NCBI RefSeq assembly: GCF_020745735.1
Contig: NW_026867509.1
Coordinates: 1,240,001 to 1,304,000 of the forward strand
Direction: 5' to 3'
DNA length: 64,000 nucleotides
Origin: Hemiscyllium ocellatum
Lineage: Eukaryota
Shown: positions 13,790 to 24,309 of the stretch, one piece after another
Layout of the letters: each line of letters starts with the position of its first letter
Numbering within the stretch: position 1 is the stretch's first letter
Notes under the pieces: generated by a model
What the model saw: only the letters and a program-made list of their open reading frames with translations
The model's database searches: none
Told to the model about the DNA's origin: nothing
Translations under genes and position numbers: made by a program

Positions 13790-14815
13790 AGGTTTCATTA
13801 GGTTTCCCAAGGTCGGCTACTGCACAAAATATGGAGGCATGTGAGTAGGGGTGAATTAGCAGTTTGGATCAGAAATTGGATAGCTGAAAGAAGACATTGG
13901 TTGGTGGTTCATGGGAAATATTCATCCTGGAGTCCAGTTACGAGTGGGGTCCACTGTTGTCATTTATATAAACGACTTGGATGAAGACATATAAGGATGG
14001 TTTAGTAAATTTGCGGATGACACTAATATCGGTGGAGTTGCAGATAGTGACGAAGAATATTGTAGGTTACAAAGAAGTGTGAGGTGTATCACTTTAGAAG
14101 GAGTGAAAGGAATGCATGAAATGGGCTAATGCTAAGATTCTTCGTGGTGTAGATGAGAACAGAGACATTGGTGTTCAAGTACCTAGATCCTTGAAAGTTT
14201 CCACTCAAGTTCATTGGGTTGTTAAGAAGGCGTACGGAGTGTTAGCTTTTTTTGGTGCAGGAATTGAGTTTCAGAAAAATGATATCATGTTGCCGCTGCA
14301 CAAAACTCTGTTGCAGCCACATTTAGAGTTTTCCTTACAGTTCGGGTCACCGCATATAGGAAGGATGTGAAAGCTTTGGAAAGGCATCAGACAGGATTGA
14401 CGAGGAAATTGCCTGTTATGGATGGAAAGGCTTGGGAGGAAACTGAGAGACTTGAGACTGTTTTCGTTCGGGTGAAGAAGTTTGAGAAGCGACTTAATGG
14501 AGGCTTATAAGATAATCACAGGATTATTTAATTTGTCAGTGAGATCCAATTTCCTCGACTGGCGATTGAATGTTGGTAGATTTAGATCAGATGTCAGAGA
14601 TATTTTCTTTACTCAGACAGTAGTCGGGACCGAGAACATACTGCCTGCAACACTAGTAGACTCATCAACTTTGAGGGTATTTAAATGGTCATTGGAAAGG
14701 CATATATACGAGAATGGAATAATGTAGGTTGGAAAGGCTTCAGATTGGTTCCACAGGTTGGCGCACTATCGAGGATAGGAAGGCCTGTACTGCACTGTAA
14801 TTTTCTATGATCTAT
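13790..14815 (+). mobile_element. Decayed CR1 3' fragment
   Basis: SKFADDT remnant (~14005), the KVSTQVHWVVKKAYGVL motif and a TTCTATG-type tail. Confidence 0.85.
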
Positions 14816-15026
14816 GTCGGTTTATTTCAGCAAGCCCATTCGAGTCTGGTAATCAATATTGTGGAAATTATCCAGATTCAGGTTTCCTTGACCTTTTTTT
14901 CGAAATGCTTCACTGATTTTTCTCCTTCATTCAAGAAATCGCAGCAAGACCTCCATTACAAAAAAAGTGTGCACCTCTTTTAAAGTAAATCCTCTGCGTG
15001 TATTTTGTCTGTGATCTTGTCTACAG

Positions 15027-15195
15027 TTCCCAGTACAATAGACAACATTTTATCAGAAGGGGATGGGGCGGCAGAAGTGCGTGCAGTTGGAACCCTGTTT
15101 TCTGCATTGTTGGATATTTCAAAACGTGAGGGGAATTTCACCATCGACGAGCTACGTCTGTCTGACAGCGCAGTGTATTACTGCGTGCTCAGAGA
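15027..15195 (+). other. 3' half of a TCR alpha/delta-type V segment (FR2 end to FR3), open frame, preceded by a splice acceptor
   Basis: TTTTGTCTGTGATCTTGTCTACAG acceptor, then (V)PSTIDNILSEGDGAAEVRAVGTLFSALLDISKREGNFTIDELRLSDSAVYYCVLRD. No C23 or W41 found upstream. Confidence 0.85.
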
Positions 15196-15234
15196 CACTG
15201 TGACAGAAACCAGAGGAAGTCTCGTACAAAAACA
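15196..15234 (+). other. 23-RSS of the half-V
   Basis: CACTGTG (15196-15202), exactly 23-nt spacer, ACAAAAACA (15226-15234). Confidence 0.95.
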
Positions 15235-15721
15235 CTCCTGTAATAGGGCAAGGTGAGTGAAATCGGGTAGATGGTAATTGTGTGCAAACTACTGAGGAGA
15301 ATAGGATTCCAAAATTATGTTTTAAAAAGCATTGATTTGAAATGTATATAAATATTTAACAATCGGAGAGTGACAGGAGCAGCATGGAGGAAGCTTCTTC
15401 TGCTCCAGTTATATCAAATACATACTGTACATGAGGCAAATTTGTTATTAAATGATTTTTAATAATTTACGAACAAAAACCTTTGTAACAAAACAACTTC
15501 CTGTCATATCTAAACTGACACTGTTTTCCAGTCGTTAATGAATATGTAACTGCAACACGATTGCACTGCAGTATGGGTTAACAAAATCTCAAAATAAATG
15601 TTTTTTTATTCACGTCCCGCTGAGTTCTCATTTCCAAAAGCACTTCTCATGTTTTAAAGCACGAATACTATTTTTCAGTTAGACTTTTACATTCAGTCAA
15701 TATTAAGAAAACAAGACAAAA

Positions 15722-15776
15722 ATGTGTTTTTCCTGTCGGATTATTACCTTTTGTGACGATGTTGCTCCTTTCTCAA
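15722..15776 (+). pseudogene. Orphan V-gene leader exon
   Basis: ATG..MCFPVGLLPFVTMLLLSQ+G, phase 1, GTTAGG donor; an LTR-like repeat begins shortly downstream and no V exon follows. Confidence 0.5.
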
Positions 15777-15809
15777 GGTTAGGCTGTCATTTCTTTTATT
15801 ATTACAGGG

Positions 15810-16358
15810 TTCAAAAAACGCTTAGATTCCGGTTTGTTTGGTTTGTATGGGATCTAGGGCCAATTTGATTATATCTAACAAATACTGACTGAGATAAAAG
15901 ACTTTCAAGTTTAATGAAAAGGATATAGCCACTTCTCTCACCTCGGCTTTACTGGTTTCAGCAGGCTGGCTGTTCAGAGCTGCTGGTCAGTTTAAGCCGG
16001 GGAATCTAAAGAAACAGCAACAATAGATCAAAGTTTCATGATAAATATCTGTGCGTTCTCCCTCTCTTGTAAGAATCTATGTCTTATTTTACGGTTTTGC
16101 CAAGAGCGTGTTTATGGCGACTGTATTTGTAACAGGATGATTAAGTTGGCATTGTCTGCTGAGGTTTTGGAGAGTTTAAATCATTCGGTTCTCTTTTCTT
16201 TGTGTTTCATAAATAAATTCTGTTCTGTTTAAAACCCCAGGGGTTTTGATCAGCTGCGTCACTCCTGGAATATCCATTGTACGTCTGCTCAAAATAACTA
16301 GAAAAGTTAGAATATGGGCTCCCTTGAAATGTTTTGAGGGATTTGGCCTGGGCCATTA
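15810..16358. mobile_element. Solo-LTR-like repeat, copy 2 (opposite orientation to copy 1)
   Basis: Similar to the reverse complement of 2900-3460; ends ...CCATTACA. A partial third copy lies at ~32520-32770. Confidence 0.55.
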
Positions 16359-16866
16359 CACATTAACGTCACGGTTAATTATATTCTTATAATATCCCGA
16401 ATATACCCCCCACCCCCTATTTACTTTGTTGTATTGTGGCTTCTTAGTTTTTAAAGTGTTAATGTTTAATGTAAGGAAGTGATCAATCAGGGTAATGTAA
16501 TTTTTAAGGATTTCTTGGGTTGCCCTCTGTACTGCCCGGAATTCAAATCGAAATATATTTGATATATTTATTGTCAACACAGTGTATATGGTCAGGATTA
16601 TTGTCATATCAGTTGCAGATTTTATTTAGTCAATGAACAGAAGTAGTTCATTCCCACAGAGTCCCAAATAACCAACAACAAATTCGGTACTCACACGGCC
16701 AGTATAAATACTTGAATCGGGATTTGTTGTGCAGCATGTTAAATGCTGTTTATGTGATTGTCCTCCAGAAGTTTCCCTTCATATCAATGTTCTGAAGTGC
16801 CAGTATCTAACACGTTCTTATGAATAGCTCTCAACAGGCAGCAGCTGTGACCCAGAAACCTGCAGC

Positions 16867-17184
16867 AGTTATTACACGTGGCTCTTGCTCAGACGCTTCA
16901 CTGTAAGACGCATTGCTCAGTAATTGACGGTAGTGTCAGATGCCAAAAGCTCAGAGAGAGTTAATTCGTACTACTAGTAAAACTGTTGGATAGCATCAGA
17001 AAACCAGATCTGAGCGAAACCCACCTTCACTTCAGCACGAATGGACAGAGAACTCCGGCAGTCTGACGGTACCAGAGTAAGTAATAACCATAGCCAGTGT
17101 GGTTGCAGCTTAAAGTGGCATTTCCTCCCTCTGTCTGTGCGAGTGAGGACACTCGCTGTATCACAGAAACTCCATTGCTGAAAT
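16867..17184 (-). pseudogene. Inverted TCR alpha/delta V pseudogene with degenerate 23-RSS
   Basis: Minus strand: tgtcag acceptor, then FSNGVSVIQRVSSLAQTEGGNATLSCNHTGYGYYLLWYRQTAG, a frameshift, and YELTLSELLASDTTVNY*AMRL. RSS is TACAGTG (16905-16899), 23 nt, GTAATAACT (16875-16867). Confidence 0.88.
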
Positions 17185-17519
17185 CTGACACACCAGGTTA
17201 GAGGAATGGAAATCACTAATTGAATGAACCTGTGGAAGCCATTTTCTTTACTATGGCTTCCCTCCAGGTGAAGGAACCATTTTGCTTAAGTGCCGCTCAC
17301 TCCAGCAGAACAATTTACTCGGCGTGTTAGCTGTAGTTGTCTTATAGCAGCATCGCATAAATGCAGCTTATCTGTTCAACGCGCCACAGTTTGTTTGCTC
17401 ACTGCTTCCCCCTGTGATGCATTGCTCGAACATGCAGCTTAATTGCTCAAGCGAGCTGAGCCCTGTCAATTAGTGTACGATATTTTGCCAGTGTAATGCT
17501 GTTCATCTAATTAAGGACA

Positions 17520-18760
17520 TTTGTTCTACATTTGCAGGCATCCCTGCAGTAAATGTAAAGTGATATCTTTCACTCCTGTTCACTCTGGAATGTGGAGCAT
17601 AAATTAGAGCTGAGCCCGAGAGCTGACCCCTGTTTTGATAGCTCTCGGGCCATCCTGATACTTTGCAATTAACAGTCAGCCTGTGTCTCAGCCCGTGCCT
17701 TTTTTTTATATAATGCTGTAAAGTTCGACTGTACTTCGGAGTTCTGCCGAGCCATACTTAGGACGGTGGTCTTCTCATGATGCGTAGTGAAACAAATTGT
17801 TTAATGCTCAAGATCTGCCTCTCAAGACTTTCTTCAACAGTTGGCGTAGTCAGAAGTTCCCTTTCATTACGGGGTACTGAGCGAACTTCAATTATTGTCT
17901 TCAATAATTTTAAATGTTGTATGAGCAAATGTCAGTGTTGAGTTAGGCTAATCTAAATTACTACAATTGGTTAAGTGCGTGATCTTGACCTGAGCAGGCA
18001 GACTGTTCCCCTGAGGCGAGAAGGAAGAATGGAAATATTGCTTCAAATTAGTACATTCACTAAAGTACTTAATCCAGACCTGATCCTACAAGCTGATCCC
18101 CGAGTCAAGACGGAAAATGGACAGATATAAATGTCCAAAATTTCAAACTTCGCTAACTGCTGGGCTTGGGAAGGAATTGACCCTGGCGCCAATGTTTGTC
18201 TTGTTGGTTTGTTTTGTTCTTTGTATTTGTTTGTGTCTTATTCATTTGCCTGGAGGTGACTGTTCTGAGTACGGGACCTGGGACGTGACGACGGGATGGA
18301 ATCATTTTACAAGTAACATTGAAGTGCCAGCCCTGGGGACAAGGCAATTTTGTCCTGCTGTGCAGGCTGTACCTGGTCCTGTTGTCCCCTCGGAGTGGAC
18401 GCTGAACCCCGACGGGAAACATACAAAATGCAGCAATTACGTTGGGAGATTCCATTACTGATTTTAAGAAAGAGGCTAAGAGCGATCAGCCCCCGACAGT
18501 TACAATCACAGTCAGTGCCATGTGACCACTTTCAAGAACCCTCTGACAGTTCGTATTTCGCTAAGTACCTCAAGTACTTGCCCCAAGTACCTTCCCATAC
18601 TGGATCACTACTGTTGTCACTTACCAAACGAGCAGGAAAGCTGACCAGGAGCAAAAAGCTGTCGGAAACATTAATTAGATCTCGCTACACTTGGCCACAA
18701 ATTACTAGTTCAAGTATTCAACAGGATCTGAGTGCCCAGACAAAGATTTTGATAAAATAA
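17520..18760 (+). mobile_element. Probable ERV relic: LTR 3' end, tRNA-Ser primer-binding site and T/G-rich leader
   Basis: ...TTCAACA (17839), 2-nt spacer, then TGGCGTAGTCAGAAG (17842-17856), which matches 13 of 16 nt of the complement of the vertebrate tRNA-Ser(AGA) 3' end (TGGCGTAGTCGGCAGG). LTR 5' boundary not determined. Confidence 0.45.
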
Positions 18761-21700
18761 TTTCACTGTTCACAGAAATTGGTAATAAAGAACTTGCTTT
18801 CCTCAGGATTATGTTCGGAGAAACCCCACGTGACAAGCATTGGACACACTTTGGGTTCCAAGCCATGCTTCTAGACACTCTGATCCACTCAAGTCACCAA
18901 TATTTTTAAAATTGCCAATTACAAATCTGCAGAAGTATTAGTTGCTTGCCTCAGGATGTCCAGTCTTTAATGAATTTAGCCTAGTAATACGTTGGGCGAC
19001 CATTAACGTCTCCATTATATTTTCCCCCTTGGTTATGGACTAAAGCAGAGGCACGGACAACTTAACTTGAGAATATTCTTCGAATTGGAACTCCCTAATT
19101 TCAACTGTTCTGGAATGTGAATATTTCATTACTCTTACAGTAATGGAATCAACAGAAAGCTAAAAAAAACAATAAATTGCGAGAGACAGAGAGAGGGATC
19201 GTCTCAGCCCTGAGTGACTGAAGCTTGTGGACTGGTTAACTCTTTGTAGTCTGGTTTGAATGCACGTTTGTTTGTTGGCGATTGAATGTTTGAGTTTTGT
19301 TCCCTGAAGCTCACATCGTGAAATGTTGGTCTCACAGACCTTGACAGCACTACTGTCAATTTCTGAAAAGTAAAATTTTTATGATTTCATGAAATTCTGA
19401 TCAGTGTAATATGGAGGACGGTAGTACAGTCTTCCAAATAAAGTCTTTTCCTGAGATTTTTTTCATCATTTGACACTAGTATAAATCTGCTGTCAACTCC
19501 CCCATAATTTTGTGTTACTTCTAAAGATAAATTTCACTCCTTTAATCTCCAGGTCGTGAACTAATCAAACGACTGACTAAAGGACGTAATTATTCAGGTG
19601 CAGAATAATGCTGTTCCTGAATGAAAAAAGGGCCTGCTCATTTCTTAAAAATAATCTAAACCTAACATTGAGGAAAATCACCTTATACTTGCGCATTTGC
19701 ACATTAAGTGGAGGAATTACAGTGAACTTTATATAATTTAATTATAAGTTGTAAATTTCAAGGATAAAAATAGATCTAAATTTAACCAAACCAACGATGT
19801 TGTCAACAGAAAATGATACCAGCAGAGTCCATTTGTATTGCAGACTTGTTTGGTTCACATAATTATGAGACTGTTGCACCTCATTTGTGAGTACGGAGTG
19901 CCATTGCTTTATCCTATATCAGTCATGTAAAAAACTTATGACACTATTGTTAATATCTGTGTCTTTGGATTATTTCATCGATTGTGCATAAGAAGTATTT
20001 TGTACCATGTGGGCAGAGAAGACCTTCTTCAGGTAGCTGCAGTCATTTCACTTCCTAAACATTATAAATGTGCAATGATTGATTGGAACCGCCTCAGGAA
20101 CAGATTCTCGGATTTAAATTGCGACACTATAACCAATTAATTTTACTGCATTTCAGGTTTGGAAACTCTTGATGTAATAAATTGAGATCCATATGTCACA
20201 ATTTCATGTCTGCAACACTCAGCAGATTTGAATCTGTTTTGTGAATTTAAAATGTGTTTGCTACTTTAATTAACAATGACATATCTTAGTCACTTGTTAA
20301 GGTTTTGTCTCCTGCTAACTGTATGGTTATATTAGTCAATATTTTTGAATCGATTTGTATTAGCCCTGAGGTTGATAATCTGTATTAATTAGCAAAATCG
20401 ATTGGTTTTCATACTTTCACACATTGTCAGTGATCTGTGTCATTGTCTCATGATTAGTGGGAAGATGGCTGGATTGATTCATGTTCATCTGGACCATACT
20501 TTAAAAGAAATTGAACATTGTACATACAATTAGCAATAGAAGTAGAATAGAATATAATGGAAAGTTTTTAAAAAAGGGAGAGTTGAAGAAAAATCGTTGT
20601 AAAAGAATCTAAATTCTTCTTGGAATCCTGAGCATTCGTCTGTCATACCAACACAATATAAGGATGGGAATGACACTGATAAGGACGTGGGATGTGGATT
20701 GCATTCCAGAATACCGCTGAGCCCGTAAAATCTCCTGATAGTCACCAGCACACCCGCAGATTATGAGCCTCGGCTCATTCAGAAGCGGAAGGCTACAGTT
20801 TAGGTAACCAGTTTCGTAGCCAGCATCATGGGGGTGAGCGGTCTGGGCCATCCTTAACCGTGACTGTCTCGGAATGTAAAGTAATGTTAATGAACTAATC
20901 CCCTTACCACAAGGAGAATCCAGCCCACTTTGCTTAATGCGTCTGCAGGGCAATGTAGATGTATAATGCCAATCCTCGGGTTTGTCCATCGTTACGAGGA
21001 CTTGATGGAAAGATTCCCCGACAATGAAGACTAAGCAGATCACTTCATCCAAGCTTTACAACAACCTTTAAGTGTTTGTGATGTACTGAAATGCAATTAC
21101 AAACCCTGTGAGTCAGAAAGTGATTATTGGGAGTGGCTTGTTGTCTGTTATGGAAAATTTGCAGGCGATCCTGTCTTCAATCGAGAAGCCTTTGTTTAAT
21201 TTTATGCTTTTGCTCTGTATTCCTTCTGATATCGTGACATGTTGAGGACAAACAATATGAATTCGCCTAAGAATTTCCGATCGCAAATGAGGCGAGCTGT
21301 GATCTTTTGCTCGGATGGCCAGAGCGAGACCCAAATTACAGGTAAAACCAAGTATATCTCGTGACCTTGCGATCCCTAAACACCATATGTCAAGTTCAAT
21401 GATATTGTTCAAAACCAGTCAACCCACTACGGTAGAACCTACCACAGATGCCCACCCAGCGACCACTGCTGAGCAACACTTCAGTTAGGGACTTTGGAAA
21501 GCAGACAGGCACACACTGGTGCTACAGCTTTGGTACTGGGAACAAGACAGCAAAGATCTCCCAGGGACTAAGGGCAGGCATTTACTTTAACAGTGGAAGT
21601 ATGGGCACTGAGGAGCAAAGTGCCCTTCTTGCTGCCTTGTAACTCATGCAAGGAGCAGCATGCTTGCATTATCCCTAAAGGAAAAGCTGAAAAAAGAAAC

Positions 21701-21869
21701 ACTCCTGTTGTGCTTTTGACGTGGCCCACTATTATGGAGCCGTGTGAGAACATGGAGGATTTAACCTCATAGCAACGCTGCTTTGTCCAACCAGTGTAGC
21801 AGTTATCAAATGTTCACTTCACGCTGATGCAAATGATACAGTCTCCGAAGGGAGTGAGTGGGTGCCAAG

Positions 21870-22000
21870 CAAGAGAAAACGAGGACGGCAGATGCTGGAG
21901 CACCAGAGTTGAAAAATGTGATGCTGGAAAAACTCAGCAGGTCAGGCAGCATCTGAGGAGCCGGAGAATCGACGTTTCGAACATAAGCCCTTCGTCTGAA
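21870..22000 (-). mobile_element. Penelope-type 3' repeat fragment
   Basis: Reverse complement of the 24220-24309 tail; hammerhead core mutated (CAGACGA). Confidence 0.8.
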
Positions 22001-23150
22001 TGGGGAGGTTCCTGTTGAGGTATGCACTGGATTGAATGCGTCCATTCAGGTTGACCTTTAGCCATGATGGCTGTACGGGTCACTACAACGATGAGGTATG
22101 GGTTTCCTCCCCAAGCAGGCAACCTTACACACCGAACATCTGGTCCCTTTGAGTTCTAGCAAAACTTGGTTGGAGACAATACAGGGACGGGTATGCCAGA
22201 TCTTGGTAACGTACAGAAATCACAGGTGAGTTCCCGACTGAAGAGCATAAAAAAATATAAATGGTGTGCTCCCTCGATAGTCAAACGAAGCTATGAGTGA
22301 CCCATGTGGGACAAGTTTATATTCCTTCTTTGGTCCTGCATATTTCAACGGATTAGTTGTGTAATTGTACATATTAGGGCAAATAGGGTTCCAGAAACAC
22401 CCCCTTGCTGGTGGGCCCTTTCAATTTGCTACAATTTAATTTCACAGAATTCACTCCAGTACAAGGTGATGAATATTGTCTAATAATGGTATACGCATTT
22501 AATAAATGAATGAGAACCATCCCAATGACTGAGACTAATGCCACAACAGTGCTAGACAAGATTGAAATATTTGCATAAGTAATCTAATACTCTTCAAAGT
22601 TTACTTTCACGGGGGACGCGGGGAAGGGAGGGAACCCATACCTCGTCCTTGTAGTGACCCGCACAGCCGTCATGGCAAAGGTCAACCTGAATGGACGCAT
22701 GCAATCCAGTGCATATCTCAAGAGGAACATTCACCACTGCATTCAGAAGCTAAGAGATTTCACAATCGGACAGACATCAGTAAAGTTATTCTATCATCTT
22801 CTCGTTATTGGAGAATGTTACCAACCCTACAAATGTTGACAGTTAAAATGTCTCAATTCTAGCATTATTTCTATAAATTGCCATCTCGTTTTGGTTTATG
22901 CCCCTTTATTGTTCATCAAAGGAAGTGGTGGTAAGTGTGCATGTTGGGACAGCCCAAGTCCAGAAGTGGCACAAGGTAGCTGCTTGTCAACGTTATTTGC
23001 ATAGATATGGCAGTAAAACAATCTTTTATCCATAGGGGCAGAAGTAACTTTCTAAGTTCAGAATTGAACAATTCCCTAAGTGAGGACAATGGTAGTTTTG
23101 AGGAAAATATTATTCCAGGGTAACAGAATGAACAAAGATTGTTTAAAAGT

Positions 23151-24309
23151 TGACTACACCTCCTCCCACCCTGCCCCCTGTAAAAACGCCATCCCACATT
23201 CCCAATTCCTTCGTCTCCGCCGCATCTGCTCCCAGGAGGACCAATTCCAACACCGCACAGCCCAGATGGCCTCCTTCTTCAAGGACCGCAGATTCCCCCC
23301 AGACGTGATCGACGATGCCCTCCACCGCATCTCCTCCACTTCCCGCTCCTCCGCCCTTGAGCCCCGCTCCTCCAACCGCCACCAAGACAGAACCCCACTG
23401 GTTCTCACCTACCACCCCACCAACCTGCGCATACAACGTATTATCCGCCGCCATTTCCGCCACCTCCAAACGGACCCCACCACCAAGGATATATTTCCCT
23501 CCCCTCCCCTATCAGCGTTCCGCAAGGACCACTCCCTTCGTGACTCCCTTGTCAGATCCACACCCCCCACCAACCCAACCTCCACCCCCGGCACCTTCCC
23601 CTGCAACCGCAGGAAATGTAAAACTTGCGCCCACACCTCCACACTCACTTCCCTCCAAGGCCCCAAGGGATCCTTCCATATCCGCCACAAGTTCACCTGT
23701 ACCTCCACACACATCATCTATTGCATCCGCTGCACCCGATGTGGCCTCCTCTATATTGGTGAGACAGGCCGCTTACTTGCGGAATGCTTCAGAGAACACC
23801 TCTGGGCCGCCCGAACCAACCAACCCAATCACCCCGTGGCTCAACACTTTAACTCCCCCTCCCACTCCACCGAGGACATGCAGGTCCTTGGACTCCTCCA
23901 CCGGCAGAACACAACTACACGACGGCTGGAGGAGGAGCGCCTCATCTTCCGCCTGGGAACCCTCCAACCACAAGGTATGAATTCAGATTTCTCCAGCTTC
24001 CTCATTTCCCCTCCCCCCACCTTGTCTCAGTCGGTTCCCTCAACTCAGCACCGCCCTCCTAACCTGCAATCCTCTTCCTGACCTCTCCGCCCCCACCCCA
24101 CTCCGGCCTAACACCCTCACCTTGACCTCCTTCCACCTATCCCACCTCCATCGCCCCTCCCCCTAGTCCCTCCTCCCTACCTTTTATCTCAGCCTGCTTG
24201 GCTCTCTCTCTCTTATTCCTGATGAAGGGCTTATGCTCGAAACGTCGAATTCTCTATTCCTGAGATGCTGCCTAACCTGCTGTGCTTTGACCAGCAACAC
24301 ATTTGCAGC
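23151..24309 (+). mobile_element. Young 5'-truncated Penelope-like element (RT C-terminus + GIY-YIG endonuclease + 3' repeat)
   Basis: Stop-free frame to 24081 with IIYCIRCTRCGLLYIGETGR..FREH (GIY-YIG with CxxC); flanked by a TAAAAGT duplication (23144-23150, 24310-24316). Confidence 0.95.
24215..24250 (+). ncRNA. Minimal type I hammerhead ribozyme in the Penelope 3' repeat
   Basis: Stem I ATTC/GAAT; core CTGATGA plus an extra A; stem II GGGC-TTAT-GCTC; GAAAC-GTC cleavage triplet with a loopless stem III. Confidence 0.75.

Noticed and set aside
23143-23980. Several long overlapping ORFs (Pro-rich + strand ORF and minus-strand ORFs)
   Set aside because: Alternative and antisense frames of the C-rich Penelope coding sequence.
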